Numbered from the stretch's first letter, positions 37,906 through 52,045 are shown. The stretch: DNA of 64,000 nucleotides from Octopus sinensis (GCF_006345805.1 NC_043002.1:12152001-12216000), one strand, 5' to 3'. Numbers and translations: made by a program. Notes: generated by a model from the letters alone, not told the origin.

Positions 37906-38284
37906 AGTAATGTGTAACAGAATACCAACATTTTTGTCCACATAACCCTGAATTTAAATAGAGAAATAGAAGCTATTTCATTCAAAGATGAGATTACATC
38001 AACGCCTAGGAGACCCGTACTCCAATAGTAAGTGGGACCACAATATTATCTGGTTAGCATCTCCTTTTTCTCTTAGGCTTTAAGTCTAATGCTGTTCAAA
38101 ATTCCTAAACGCAACGCATTTCCCATTGATACACGAAACTTCTTAAAAAACGAAATAAACTATGTTGCGGTTGTACTCCAGATACGAACATCTTAACTTC
38201 TTCAGAAGTACATATGAATAACCTCTCAGCTTGTCACGTATCTGATAGTGATGTCGCCCCACAAAAATAAACATTGCATAATTA

Positions 38285-38303
38285 TGTAGTAGTAATAGTA
38301 GTA

Positions 38304-38349
<46 letters not shown>

Positions 38350-38360
38350 TGTAGTAGCAG
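38285..38360. repeat. (TAG)n trinucleotide microsatellite
   Basis: Direct reading. Confidence 0.95.
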
Positions 38361-38902
38361 CAGTAGTAGTAGTAGTTGGGGGACTGGCTCTGTAACAGCT
38401 ACACCCATCATTCGTTGGTGATTCCCTACTACTGCTGGCGAATGACGCCTTTGTACCACTCGAGAGATGACCTTGCCCCAGTCAATTTGTCTGTTTTGGG
38501 CAGTCATTGCTGGTGAGGGTTCGACTGCGGCCGTGCAGTTGCACAGCTTTAAAGAAATTTTTGTTGAACGAATTAACCTCGCTGCTTATCTTTTTAAAGA
38601 TCTTTTGCCGAAATGCAAGATTACAGGGACGTAAACACAGCCACACCGGTTGCCAAGCGGAAGCGAGAGCGAGTAGATACATAGACACACAAACACTCTC
38701 TCTCTCTCTTCTCTCTCTCTCTCTCACACACACACACACGCACACACTCACACACACATCGGATCTCTTTTGTCTAGCAAATCCTCTCCCAATGCGTTAT
38801 AGTAGAAAAACACTTGCGCTACTCAAGAAAGCGCTTTAACCTGGAACGGTGTGGTGGAAAAGCAAGCTCCTTATCAAATAGCCACATCTGTCTATATACA
38901 TA

Positions 38903-39079
38903 TAGGCGAAGGAGTGGCTGTGTGGTAAGTAGCTTGCTTACGAACCATATGGTTCTCGGTTCAATCCCACTGCGTGGCACCTTGGGCAAGTATCTTCTAC
39001 TATAGCCTCGGGCCGACCAAAGACTTGTGAGTGGATTTGGTAGACGGAAACTGTAAGAAGCACGTCGTATATGTATCTG

Positions 39080-39115
<36 letters not shown>

Positions 39116-39137
39116 ATATGTATGTGTGTGTATGTGT

Positions 39138-39193
<56 letters not shown>

Positions 39194-39400
39194 TTGTATC
39201 TGTGTTTGTCCCGCCAACATCGCTTGACAACCGATGCTGGTGTGTTTACGTTCCCGTATTCTAGCTGTTCGGCAAAAGAAACCGATAGAATAAGTACTAG
39301 GCTTACAAAGAATAAGCTCTGGGGTCGATTTGCTCGACTAAAAGCGGTGCTCCAGCATGGCCGCAGTCAAATTACTGAAGCAAATAAAAGAGTAAATGAG
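38903..39400 (+). mobile_element. Full-length SINE family B with an expanded internal (TA)n(TG)n
   Basis: Head, CORE-like block, ~120-bp microsatellite and tail. Confidence 0.92.
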
Positions 39401-39434
<34 letters not shown>

Positions 39435-41264
39435 ATCTATATATATATATATATATACTTACCTTAGCACTTAGATAATCTGGATAATCTCGAATGCACA
39501 AACCTAAATACATAGAGAGTAGTACAGACACATACACAAAGCTACGCTGAAATATTTTTGGATTCTCAGAATGGCATATACATTTATATAACATATTTAA
39601 TGAGTGACAAATAAATGGGTGTACAGAAGATATTACACTTATCATCGGTCAATATCGGCATTGAGATTCAGTGAAAAAAGGGATGAAGATGATTGGTTGT
39701 CTCTGTTTATGAGTTTCTTCGAGATCAGTGTTTTTATGGTTTAATCAGAGAAAAAGGTTCGGCACTTGAGTTCATTTACAGGAAATGGGTGGAAAAGAGA
39801 AATACAACAACGTTCTCTAACTCTATCTGGAATCAGAAAGATTATATTACTGATTTCAAAATGAAGTGGAAAATCTTCTAAAGATGCAAGCTATATAGTT
39901 AATGTAAGAAACGTTGTTGCGCATAAACAGAGTGGAACAGTGTAATGGAAGTATAAACCATGATGTACGAGTGCCTCAGAACTGTGATAAAATCCAAATG
40001 CTGAAAAAAAAATTTAGTCAAAAAAGAAATTGTCTGTTTGAAGCTTAAACTATCGTCAGTATACAGCGTAGAGTGCAATTTCCTACCCGACTGTAGACAG
40101 AACACAAGTCCTTTAGAACTTTAAATCATAGTTCGCATTATTGCTGTTGTTCGCGTCGTTGATAGTGATGTTGGAGCTGGTGGGGATGGTGGGGATGGTG
40201 GAGATGGCGTGAGTGTATATTCTTTCACTTGCATCGACTGGAGCTCTAAAGGTACTTAAATATCAAGTGGTGCTTCCAAACCGGGGTCGACTGATATTCA
40301 CCAGCCCAAAGCATATCTCCACTGAGTTACCTGTCGCAGAAGCCTAAAAAACGAAGTAAAATTTACGCTAATAAAATACTCTTGAATCATACTTTAGTCT
40401 TGCTGTCAACAGTAAAATATGCTTGTTCGTTGCAATTACAGCTTAAGGAGTTAATAATGAAAAGATTTAAGTGAGTTAGTAAGAGGGTCTAAATATATTC
40501 ATAGATATTACTGCGTACCTTAAACGACACCTATATATTCAACACAATCAGTCGTAGGGTATAACTTTTTTAACCGACACTCGACTGTTGTTCAGACACA
40601 TATGTACGATCTTTGAGAATTCTGACGTGCCAACATCTGGTACGAATCATGATGTAATATAAATAGAAGGATCTCTAGATAAGAGTACTTTTGGTGAAGT
40701 ATTTCATGATATTAAAATAGATAAATCTTCTAAAGACTGAAAGAATACAAAGTACAGTTGAAATTTTACGTTTTGTTTCTTTGGTATATCGGAGGTGGGC
40801 TCCATTTATTACGATACGATGAAACGTGCAGAATATGATAAAGTTAGTATCATCGCTCAGACGAGAATAGTGACATGCGCAGACTAGTGTTGTATTAGGC
40901 AAAGAATTTAAAGATAACACTTGATTGGTTGTTGAGTTTTCGCTTTTGTAGTTCAATTTTTTAAATTTCATTTCGCATAGTTTGATTCTTAACAAGTTGA
41001 GAAGCATATTTGTGGACCACCATATACATTTTCTGATTTGTTTCTATATATATTAAGCGTAAAAATACGAACAACTACGAAGAACTTCTTACCTTATTAA
41101 AGAATCAGACAATGAGCGAGCCCTGAGTCAGCGATGGACCTCATATGTGCTCCATTTACTTTTTCGAAAAAGTGATTAACTCTCAGTCAAGTTATATTTG
41201 GGGACGGTCATTTTTTTTTTGTCAATTAAACACACGCACTATATACTTGGCTTTACCCCAGCTT

Positions 41265-41475
41265 GGCAGAAACGTTAGCACGCTGGACGGAATGCTTAGC
41301 CGTATTTCGTCTGCCGCTACATTCTGAGTTCAAATTCCGCCGAGGCCTACTTTGCCTTTCATCCTTTCGGAGTCGATAAATTAAGTACCAGTTACGTTCT
41401 GGGGTCGATCTAATCGACTGGACCACCCTCCCCCAAAATTTCAGGTCTTGTGCCTAGAGTAGAAAAGATTATCAT
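41265..41475 (+). mobile_element. SINE family A, alternative tail
   Basis: Head and core plus CCCTCCCCCAAAATTTCAGGTCTTGTGCCTAGAGTAGAAAAGATTATC. Confidence 0.85.
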
Positions 41476-42409
41476 TATTATGTTAGTCTAATCGTCTAAA
41501 TAGAACATAAGGCACGTAGAATGGAAAGTCGCTGAAGAAGTCACAAGATGTGTGGTGAAAGATTTCAGACAAAAGGACACTGAATTAATAATAATATTAA
41601 TAAACATGAAGTGAAGACTAAGTATACAGTGCGTGTGGTTAATTGGCAGAAAATATGACCGTCCCCAAATATAACAATATCTGTTTCAACATTGTTTCAC
41701 ATCGTAGATCTTGCAAGATAAATCCATAAACGTAAATAAACTCCACTCAGGTTATATATTATTTAGAAAGACAGAATTGTTTTGGTTGGAAAATTGTTGT
41801 TCAAAGGTCAGATTTGCTATCGTTAACTTAAGGTCAAACAACAGCAAGAGCAACAATAATGTCAATCGAGATGAAGGATGTCAGCTAAGAGTAAACACAT
41901 AGAAAGAAAACGAGCAAAGCTGTTGATATCACAATATTAAAGATTAGAAAAATAATTTTGCAGATTTAAGACAAAAACTAAATAATCAGATTTAAGCATT
42001 GCATTTATCTGCACTCTGTTCATATAGATACATGGATATCGGTCAGTATCGAAAATGAAAATTTTTTATCTTACTAAGTGAGCTATCTGGTCATTGAATT
42101 AGCGTGCAAATAGCTGAACCTTCGACACACAGACGCAGATTTCACGTAATTCTCAGGTAGAAAGTTCATGATGCGGAGAATGGCAAAATTCGTACTTTTG
42201 AAATGCTGGTATGCCTCCATTAGACCAGTTTCCATACCGTTGCCATCTACCCAATTTTACTCGAGGAAATTACAAAAATAATAAAATACTAGCATAAGAA
42301 GTCACACAAGGGTTTAGGTAACCAAAGAATGGGAAAAGAATTTCATAACCATTCAGCCATGTCGCTGCAACGCTGCTCGATCTTGTTCTGCATTATAACG
42401 CTACAATGT

Positions 42410-42745
42410 TTAGCGGTATTTCGTCTGCCGTTACGTTCTGAGTTCAAATTCCGCCGAGGTCGACTTTGCCATTCATCCTTTCGAGGTCGATTAAATAAGT
42501 ACCACTTACGCACTGGGATCGATATAATCGACTCAATCCGTTTGTCTGTCCTTGTTTGTCATCTCTGTGTTTAGCCTCTTGTGGGTAGTAAAGAAATAGG
42601 TATTTCGTTTGCCTCTACGTTCTGTGTTCAAATTCCGCCGAGGTCGACTTCGCCTTTCATCCTTTCGGCGTCGATAAAATAAGTACCAGTTAAGCACTGG
42701 GGTCGATGTAATCGACTTAATCCGTTTGTCTGTCCTTGTGGTTTG
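42410..42745 (+). mobile_element. Family-A dimer, 5'-truncated
   Basis: Two bodies; junction AAAGAAATA|GGTATTTCGT. Confidence 0.85.
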
Positions 42746-43872
42746 TCCATGTGGTTTGTCCATGTGACGGGGGTGTATTTGTGTATATACATGGGTCTAC
42801 GTTTTCTTTTGTTCTGCTACCGCTTGACAACCGGTGCTGGTCTGTTTAAGACCCTTTAACAGTTCTACAAAACAATCGGACAGGATAAGTACCATATTAT
42901 AAAAAAAATAAGCACTGGAATCGATTTGTTTCAATAAGTCAGTGAAAGTAGTGCCCCAGCATGGCCGCAGTCTGAAAGAAATAAAAATTAAAGTATTAAA
43001 CATTACTAATATTTTCCGTACTTCGGTGCTTCAATCAACTGAAGCACATTTAATCATTGTTTATTTATTTGTTTATTTTTACCTTATCTAATTAACGTTC
43101 AGGTAGGTATTAGCAGATATGCTTAGGATCAATGGAGCGTGTTTCTCTAACAGTTTTGCCATAATATGTTTGCTATCAGGTGATTAAGGAGCGGTTTGAA
43201 ATATTTTATTCCGGATAATCAAAGTTCTCCTGTATTAATTGCAGCAACTGCAAAACCATTGTTCATTAAGTGCATTAGTAAATGCGGTGGCTTGGCAGAT
43301 TCGTTAAGCATCATTTGCGGCCCTTTACGTTCTGAGTTAAAGTGCCGACGAGCTAAAACCCTGAGCTCTGAATTACATCTTTTCTTGGTAGATTAAACAC
43401 GTGCGAGTTGAACACTGGAATCAATGAAATCAATGAAGTTCCTGCCTTCAAAGTTGCTGGCCTTGCACCTAAATTAGGAACCGTTGTGAATATTAATTTC
43501 AAAGTTTGCCACAAGGCCAGTAAAATAGGCGGAGGAAATGCATAGATTACAACAACCCAAGTATTCAAATGGTATTTACTTTATCGAAACTGAAGGGATG
43601 AAGAGCAAAGCCAACTCCGGGGACATTAAAATTCAGAACATAAATTCGGATGAAATGTCTCGAGGCTTTTTCTCTCGGTGCAGTAACTATTCTGCCAGTT
43701 CCCCTCGTTAGCCTTTATTAATTCTTTATACTGGAAACTCAATGCCTCACATTTGGGGGAAGGGATAATGTCGATGACATTGACCACAGGGCGTAGTAGG
43801 TACTTATTTAATTGGCCCCGAAGGGGTGAAAGGGAAAGCCGACACCGGTGGCATTTAAATTCAGAACGTAAA

Positions 43873-44240
43873 GCGGTAAGCTAGCAGAATCGTTAGCACG
43901 CCGGGAAAAATGCTTAATGGTATTTCGTCTGCCGTTATGTTCTGAGTTTAAATTCCGTCGAGGTCGACTTTGCCTTTCATCCTTTCGGGGTCGATAAATT
44001 AAGTACCAGTTACGCACTGAGGTCGATATAATAGACTTAATCCGTTTGTATGTCCTTGTTTGTCCTCTCTGTGTTTAGCCCCTTGTGGGTAGTAAAGAAA
44101 TAGGTATTTCGTCTGCTTTACATTCTGAGTTTAAATTCCGTCGAGGTCGACTTTGCCTTTCATCCATTCGGGGGGGGGGGTCGATAATTTAAGTACCAGT
44201 TGAGTACTGGGGTCGATCTCACCAAAATTTCATTCCTTGT
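43873..44240 (+). mobile_element. Family-A dimer whose second unit carries the alternative tail
   Basis: Head, body, junction AAAGAAATA|GGTATTTCGTC, second body ending ACCAAAATTTCATTCCTTGTACCTAGAGTAG. Confidence 0.82.
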
Positions 44241-44357
44241 ACCTAGAGTAGTAAAGATTTACATTCTGCTGTTTTGCCCAAGTGTGCACTGTGAATTCCC
44301 GGTTCAGGCATTTCCGTAGATGTTTCTGTCTGTCAGCATGTGTTCCTTTATATGAAT

Positions 44358-44857
44358 ACTAGCAGTATCGCCCGGCGTTGCTCGGGTTTGTAAGGGAAAT
44401 AACTATATAAGCATTTTTAGAGAGTTACTTCCCTTATAAATTCGGGCTTTCTTAGCCATTTTTGTTTTGGTGTCTTCAAGCCATGAAGTCGTGGTTCTAA
44501 AAGAACGCTGGTCTCCTTCACAACGCATTACGACGTTGATTTCTTTACACTCCCTTCCCCACAGCTTCACGAGGGAGGGAAGGGGGAGAAGCAAACAGGT
44601 GCAGCTGTGAGCGTGGACGCCAACTCCGCCGCCATCGACACACGATGCATTTTATGCATTAAAATGGAATAAAAAATTATGTTAAATTATTTTTAAAATC
44701 GTAGACTCATCATTGACGCGCACAGACGGGCTCGATATTAATCACAACTATAAGATACCCGAATTTGGTTAAACTGCACCGCAAAATGTGGGAGGAGTTA
44801 GGAATCTAAATCGAAGGGGGCAGACACTCACACAACTAGAGTTTTATATATATAGAT
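44358..44857 (+). mobile_element. Non-autonomous Helitron/Helentron-like element (HINE/Lep1-type)
   Basis: 5' ACTAGCAGTATCGCCCGGCGTTGCTCGGG; 3' ...GGAGGAGTTAGG...ACAACTAGAGTTTTATATATATAGAT. Confidence 0.65.
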
Positions 44858-44874
44858 ATACTTTTCTTGTTCTT

Positions 44875-45515
44875 CTTCTTATGTAGGATTCACCACATTT
44901 TCCACAGATGATATCGTATACAAAATAGGTCCTCTGACACAATCAGGGTCGTTGATGGGGCAGTTCAATAATGTGCACTCCTCGGAGTAGTAAGAGGTGT
45001 TGTTCTTGTACATAGCTTTTGTCAAGGAAGGGCAGGTGTGTACTATCTGTATGTCGAATCCCTCCCTGCCTGACTGCGTATTATATCGCAGCAGTATTTC
45101 TGTCGTCAAAGTGTGCCGGACTTTGGAGTTTATTGACCCCGATGTTTTTTAGGCACCGTTGTTTGGCTAAAGATGGTGGGTAACCATTCAGCTTTAGGTC
45201 TCTGAGGAACTGATTGGTGTTGACGGCTTTGTGGGTGACTCCGCTGCAATTGATTATACGTGCGATCTCGTTTCTCACGTATGCGGCTTTGGCTCTGGTG
45301 GGTAAGGCTGATTGGTAGGGGACGAAAAGTTTCCTGCTGGAGGCTTTCCTGCAGAAGTTGGTAAATATCGAGCTTTTCCCTGTGATCCTGAGTTGAAAGT
45401 CGAGTAGAGAGAAGATTCAAGATTCGTCTGGATGTTCAACCTCGAATTTGATAAATTATGTCGATGTTATTGACATTCGTCAGTTTCTTGAAAATGCAAG
45501 TAAAGTCTACATTAA
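44875..45515 (-). mobile_element. Penelope-like element fragment: RT C-terminus, linker and start of the GIY-YIG endonuclease
   Basis: FEVEHPD..SLLDF..FTNFCRK..FVPYQSALP..AKAAYVRNEI..LKLNGYP, then in another frame FVYDIICGKCGESYI. Confidence 0.8.
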
Positions 45516-45645
45516 TTCATATATTTGTTTTCTTGAGATTTGCCTTACATTTATTTCGTATTGTTCTAGCCTTACTCACGATTGAAGCACAGCTTTTTGT
45601 CAGAAGATATATACATATATGATATATGATATATATATATATATG

Positions 45646-45682
<37 letters not shown>

Positions 45683-46062
45683 ATATATATGTATGTGTGC
45701 ATGTATGTATGCATACATTTTTGTATGTATATATATAGTGTATGTATATAGAATATATATACATAACTGATAGCGACAGAATCAATTTTAATATCAAATG
45801 GTAAAATTCATGCCCACTTAAAAGTGGATGTTGTACTAGACGCAGTGCACTGGGGAAAACCATGGCATTAAGCTGTGTTCTAAAACAATATATACTTTTG
45901 AGGCGGTATAAATATTACCCCTTGATATTAATGCTACTTCTGTATATATTACGTTTTGGTATAAGCACTACTAATAATTATTTTATAATAATACCACCGG
46001 CTACTGGCGACACCACTGCCTGTTTAGGTACTGTGATTCTATGTATATAGCTTGCAGAGATA

Positions 46063-46369
46063 TCGCGTGGCACCTTGGGATAGTATTTTCTGCTGTAGCT
46101 TCAGGCCGAATAAAGCCTTGTGAGTGGATTTCGTAGACGGAAACTGAAAGAAGCCTGTCGTATCTCGTGTGTACCGTTGGCGATTTTTTTTCCTCTGTCT
46201 TCCCTTCTCTGGATCTTTCCTTCTCCAATGTTTCCGACGAAGAGCTCCGCTCGAAACGTTAAACCCTCCTTCTTTCCTTCTTTCCTGAGCGTCCAATAAT
46301 ACTATATTGCCCCACTTCCTCGCGTTGTTGTGTTTTTTTTTGTGCTTTCTTGTTTGGATTAACTTTATA

Positions 46370-46429
<60 letters not shown>

Positions 46430-46560
46430 TTCTTTGTGTCTGTGTTTGTATCACCCAACCATCACTTGACACGATGTTGGTGTGATTATGTTCCCGCAAC
46501 TTGTTCGACTAAAGTGTATGCTCCAGTTTGGCCGCAGTCAAACGACTGAAACGTGTTTGA
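46063..46560 (+). mobile_element. Family-B SINE whose internal microsatellite hosts a hammerhead-bearing element (46165-46368)
   Basis: B core at 46063-46165 and B tail at 46430-46560; the insert is a near-identical relative of 56325-56530. Confidence 0.8.
46230..46264 (+). ncRNA. Minimal hammerhead-like fold with a C4 core
   Basis: GTTT-CCGACGA-A-GAGC-TCC-GCTC-GAAA-CG-T-T-AAAC. Confidence 0.55.
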
Positions 46561-46686
46561 AGAGTAAGAAAGTATATATATATGTATATATAACACCATA
46601 AGTATGATGACTATTCTAGTATGAGCAAATTCAGTCCTGATTGAAGATTTTTTTGATATAATTAAAATACACTAAAGTGTCATAAA

Positions 46687-46985
46687 TGAAGGCACATGGC
46701 CTAGTGGTTAGAGCAGAGAACTCGTAGTAGAAGGATCGTGGGTGAGAATCTCAGACCGGGCGTTGTGTGTATTTATGAGCGAAGCCCCCAAGCTCCACCC
46801 AGCTCCGGCAGAAGGTAATGGCGAACTTCTGCTGACTCTTTTGGCACAATTTTCTCTCAGTCTTTTCTCCTGCATCTAGTAGCCAACCTGCGAAGGACCG
46901 GCATTCCGTCCAGGCGGAGAACTTATACGCCAATGATACCAGTTCTTATGAGACAGGAATGGCTCGAGAAGGAGCAAACAGCAAC
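46687..46985 (+). mobile_element. SINE family D with 13-bp TSD
   Basis: Colinear with 29755-30061; TSD AAAGTGTCATAAA at 46674-46686 and 46986-46998. Confidence 0.88.
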
Positions 46986-47855
46986 AAAGTGTCATAAACA
47001 GAGCGTTTTTTTCTTTTTCCTCAGACCAGAATATTCTGTACGGATAACTATGTAAAACTGAATCGCATGAACTGTAAGCGGAGTTAAAACCGAGCGACCC
47101 GATTAAGCCAAGCACTGAACATGAGTCTAACAATAGAACAGAGGCGCAATTTTATGAGTCCGCAAATGTTTCTTGCAGTGATTCAAAAATCTTGGTATAT
47201 CACTGGTACTTGTGTTAACGATGGACATCCTTTTAATGGACGAAAGTTGGTCATCTCTGTACAACAAGATTGAACTAGCGAGGAAATATTTAATAACGTA
47301 ATACATAACACGTTTCTAGTCTGGGGCTCGAAATAAAATAACGTACATCAGTACCAGCAGCAGCAGCAGTAGTAGCAGCAGTAGTAGTTGTAGTAGTAGC
47401 AGAAGTAGTAAATTACAATAAAAGATAAATATTTTTCTTGATATATATTTTTGCTGTATTGTGAAATCTCAAGCCGTGTTTATGTTTGTGCCAATTACAG
47501 ACGATAGTTTTACTTTAAAGAAATTTTCTTCTTATCTCTGTATAATCAGTCTAAGTAGACAACAAAGTTTCTTTTACCGTTAGCCAAGAGGTTCGAATCG
47601 TTCATGAGAGATTTCGCTTTAAAATCAGGAATAAATTTTCCTTATCTTAAAATTATTCCATCGATTTACTTTTGCTTTTTGTCTTGTTTTGTTTATCTAC
47701 AAAACCTAATACATACACACGTACACATACATACATACACACACACACCATCTTGTCTTCTGTACCTCAACAACGCCGCCACCATTTTCGTACGACTAAA
47801 AGTCATCACGAAATAGTACAAAACTATTTTTATTTTTATCACTCCTACCTATATC

Positions 47856-47889
<34 letters not shown>

Positions 47890-48296
47890 TGCGTACATAA
47901 TTAAGTGTATGCGTATGTAAAGCAGTGTGTGTATTTTATATGTTTGTGTGTGTATAATAAGTCATATTTAATCACAAATATACATATCGACGACGAGTAT
48001 ATATAGACACATTTGCATACATAAATGTGGACAAATGATACAAATGTTATATATATATATATATGCATATATGTGTGTGCGTATAGAACCTACATATAAA
48101 TATATATTCACATGTATACATATGTATGTACGTATATATATATATATAGATAATATATATATATATATATAATATATATATATATGATATATATGTAATA
48201 TGCATGTGAGTGTGTGTATGATGTGCGTATGTGTGCACGTGTGTATACGCATAAACCTGTGGAGTGTATATTTGTTTGTGGGTTTGCATGTATATT

Positions 48297-48330
<34 letters not shown>

Positions 48331-48402
48331 CACACACATATATGTATATGCATGTATGTATGTATATATCTATACTTATATATATTTACTCATTTGTATG
48401 TG

Positions 48403-48433
<31 letters not shown>

Positions 48434-48705
48434 ATGCGTGCACGTGGGTATATATGTAGATTCTCTATAAATATGTACATATGTATATATTGACGATATT
48501 TATTGTACGAGATTGTGTGCCGTTTTAATGTTGCTATGTGTGTGCCGAGAGCATATGCAGATAAGTTTAGTTTATACATACACACTGAGTGAACATGCAA
48601 ACCCACAAAAATATACACTCCTCAAGACTATGCGTATACATACTTGCACGCATGCACACGCACACACACACATGTACACCTGTGCACACACCACACACAC
48701 ATAAT

Positions 48706-48880
48706 TTTCTTTACTGCCCACAAGGGGCTACACAAAGAGGGGACAAACAAGGACAGACGAACGGATTAAGTCGATTATATCGACCCCAGTGCGTAACTGG
48801 TACTTATTCGATCGACCCCGAAAGGATGAAAGGCAAAGTCGACCTCGGCGGAAATTGCACTCAGAACGTTGCGGCAGACA
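48706..48880 (-). mobile_element. Family-A SINE body
   Basis: Reverse complement of the family-A core and tail. Confidence 0.85.
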
Positions 48881-49109
48881 CATATACACTCTCGGACGCA
48901 CGCACGCGTATGAACATACAGCCATACATACATACATACATACATACATTCATACATATATGTATGTTTCTCTTATTCTTTTGTTCTTTTATTTGTTTCA
49001 GTCCTTTGACTGCGGCCATGCTGGAGCTCCGCCTTTACTCGAGCAAATCGCCCCCAGGACTTATTTTTTGTAAGTCAAGTATGTGTTCTATACATACATA
49101 CATACATAA

Positions 49110-49140
<31 letters not shown>

Positions 49141-49146
49141 CATACA

Positions 49147-49182
<36 letters not shown>

Positions 49183-49251
49183 TATATATATTATATATAT
49201 ATACCACAGGCTTCTTTCAGTTTCTTTCTACCAAATCCACTCACAAGGCAT

Positions 49252-49415
49252 TCCTTGAAGAAATGTGTTGTCGAGCATTGTCAGGAAGAATGATTGGTCC
49301 TCTTCTGTTGACCAGTCTGGGAGGGAGGAGTAGAAGTTTTTCGTTGATTTTGCCAATTTCATGGCAATATGTTTCTGCAATAGTGGTTTTTCCAGCATTT
49401 AAGATGTTATATATA
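49252..49415 (-). mobile_element. mariner transposase fragment
   Basis: ILNAGKTTIAETYCHEIGKINEKL....RLVNRRGPIILPDNARQH matches the catalytic-domain region around the second D. Confidence 0.8.
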
Positions 49416-49781
49416 TATGTGTATATATATATATATGATCGATTAGACAATAAGATGCTTTTAGAGGACGCCAGCCAAAATTCCCTCATGAACGAAAGAA
49501 GGACTGGGCTAACATGAACTGAAGTGTTTTGCTCAAGGCGCCCGCGGAATGGGAACTCTCGATCGTGAATGTAACAGCCAAACTACACGGCCATGCGTCT
49601 ATATATGTATGTATGTATATATATTCAAATATATATGTATGTAGGTATGTAGATATGTATATTTATCAATATAAATATATATATATACATATGCATATAT
49701 ATCTATATATATACATATATACATATATGTTTATATATATATATATTTTTTATGTTCATATGTACGTATGTGTATATATGA

Positions 49782-49817
<36 letters not shown>

Positions 49818-50041
49818 GAATATATAATATACATATATATATATATGTACATACATATATATATATATATATTATATATATATATATATATATAATATAT
49901 ATATATATATACAGCGACACAGAGTCATACACAACACTGACGCACATTTTTGAAGCGAAAAGAGCATCGTTACAGCAATGACACCTCACGAGAACGGCTG
50001 ATGCAAAGCTTTGTGAATGGTTTGTACTCGCTGGCCACACA

Positions 50042-51334
50042 TTGAGTCTTCCCATAAATATTGAGTTTTTTTTATTTTTCAATTTCATGAACTAAAATCG
50101 GAGTGGGCTGGATAAACTACCTGCATCAACTTGCTATAAAAGCAGGTAGCCATTTCATCTTATCCTTATTCTTAGTTTTGAAGAGTGCATTTCAATTTTA
50201 ACAGTTACATTTCAAAGCTGTAATGGAAGTGACTAAGGAAGATATTTGGCATACTTTGCTTTGTGAATTCAATAAAGGCAACGACGCAACGGAAAGTGCG
50301 AGGAATATTTGTGCAGTATATGGGGATCGGAGGACAATAAGCGTAAGCTAGTGTAAACGGTGGTTCCAAAATTTCTGAGCCAGAAGCTACAGCCTAGAAG
50401 ACGAGCCTCGTCCAGGAAGATCTGTAGAGCTCGACGAGAACGTCCTGCAAACCCTGGTGGAACAAAATCCCATCATAACTGTTGAGGAAATAGCAGAGAT
50501 GCTCGGATTTTGTCATTCGACCATTTATCGACGCTTCCGTACCATCGGAAAAGTTAGCAAATTGGGTCAATGAGTTCCTCTCAAACTTTCCTTGTCTAAT
50601 CGCACGCAGAGAGTGAATGTGCGCTCTTCTTTGCTGCCACCTCTTCCGAATGAACCTTTTTTTGGAGCGAATAGTGCCTGGTGATGAGAAATGGGTTCTT
50701 TATAAAACTGTCAAGCGCCGAAGACAGTGGTAGGGAAAGGAGAAACGCCGGCACCCCAGGCTAAAGAAGGTCATCACCCACAAAGGTGTTGTTATCTGTT
50801 TGGTGGAATATGAATGGTTTAGTCCACTTTGAACTTTTTAGCCCAGATTATACGATAACAAAGGAGATCTACTGCGAGAAGTTTGAGCTGCTTAAGTCAG
50901 CGCTAGGGATAAAACGACCATCTTTGGTTCCAAGACGAAAGCTATTCTTCCATCAGAATAATACACGGCCACATACAGCGAGGAAGACATTCTAAAGGCT
51001 GGAGCAGTCGGGAAACGATGGGAAATGATGCCCTACCTACCAATTTCGCCGGACATTGCCCCATCTTATTATCATTTATTCCTCAGATTTTAAAATCATT
51101 TGGACGGAAAAAATATGAATTCTGTAGATGAGGTCGGAACAGTACTGAAGGAGTACTTTTCGTCACAGACAAATGAATTTTGAAAGAGAGGCCTTGCAAG
51201 TCTACTAGATAGACAGAAGAACATTGTAGAAAATGAAGGAGAGTATATTTTAGATTTAAAAAAATATTTTGTTTATCTTAAATTTGAAAAATAATGAAGA
51301 ATAAAAATACTGCATTATTTATGGGACGACCCAA
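50042..51334 (+). mobile_element. Full-length (~1.29 kb) dead mariner (D,D34D type)
   Basis: TIRs TTGAGTCTTCCCATAAATA / TATTTATGGGACGACCCAA; TA on the right flank. Confidence 0.92.
50223..51258 (+). pseudogene. mariner transposase pseudogene with multiple stops and frameshifts
   Basis: MEVTKEDIWH..EFNKG..ATESARNIC..YG; GDEKWVLY; KVLLSVWWNMNG; HQNNTRPHTA (D>N); SPDIAPSYYHLF (D>Y); GEYILD. Confidence 0.9.
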
Positions 51335-51880
51335 TATTTAGACGAAATATATCTTCTCCGCTATATCGGAAACATTGGATTAGACATTCACTGATAGTGC
51401 GGATAGCCGTAGGGCTGAATAAAAACTAGGTGTACGCAATCGAAACAGCATTAAATTAGAATCATTTTGCCTCAGTATGCATGTGTGTCAGTGTGTGCGT
51501 GTGTGTGTGCGAGGATGTATGAATGTATTTTTATGTATGTGTGTGATAAATCATGGTTGCACGTCAACTAAAAACTGCTGGGAATATATATATATTCATA
51601 TTTATTCCGGTCTGGCAGATTTGAACGTGAATAAGTTAATCATATGTGAAGAATTTCAAACTCTTACTACATCATGTCCTTTCAGATGATGTGTATTGAC
51701 ACCGAACTCAATCATATAGATGAGGGGACGATGAGACACCTGTGTTTCGAACTAATTCTTTCTCTTTACTCAATGTTACCTATGGATCAATTGCACTAAA
51801 TATAAAATCTTCTAATTTATGGAATGCCGCTAAAATCTTTTCCTCGTGCATGCTGTAAAAACTATATATATAATATATAT

Positions 51881-51928
<48 letters not shown>

Positions 51929-52045
51929 TATATATATATACATATGTAAATAAATAAAAAAATGCACATATATATGGATATATACCAGATACATGCATAC
52001 ATACATACACACATACATACATACATACATACATACATACATACA

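Noticed and set aside
40328-40345. Possible 13-nt minus-strand microexon with a strong acceptor and donor
   Set aside because: Cannot be supported without spliced reads.
51730-51780. GAAAC + near-palindrome + GUC on the minus strand; similar partial motifs at 270, 14505, 17650, 25027 and 26050
   Set aside because: The CUGAnGA strand and/or the stems are missing; too degenerate to call.
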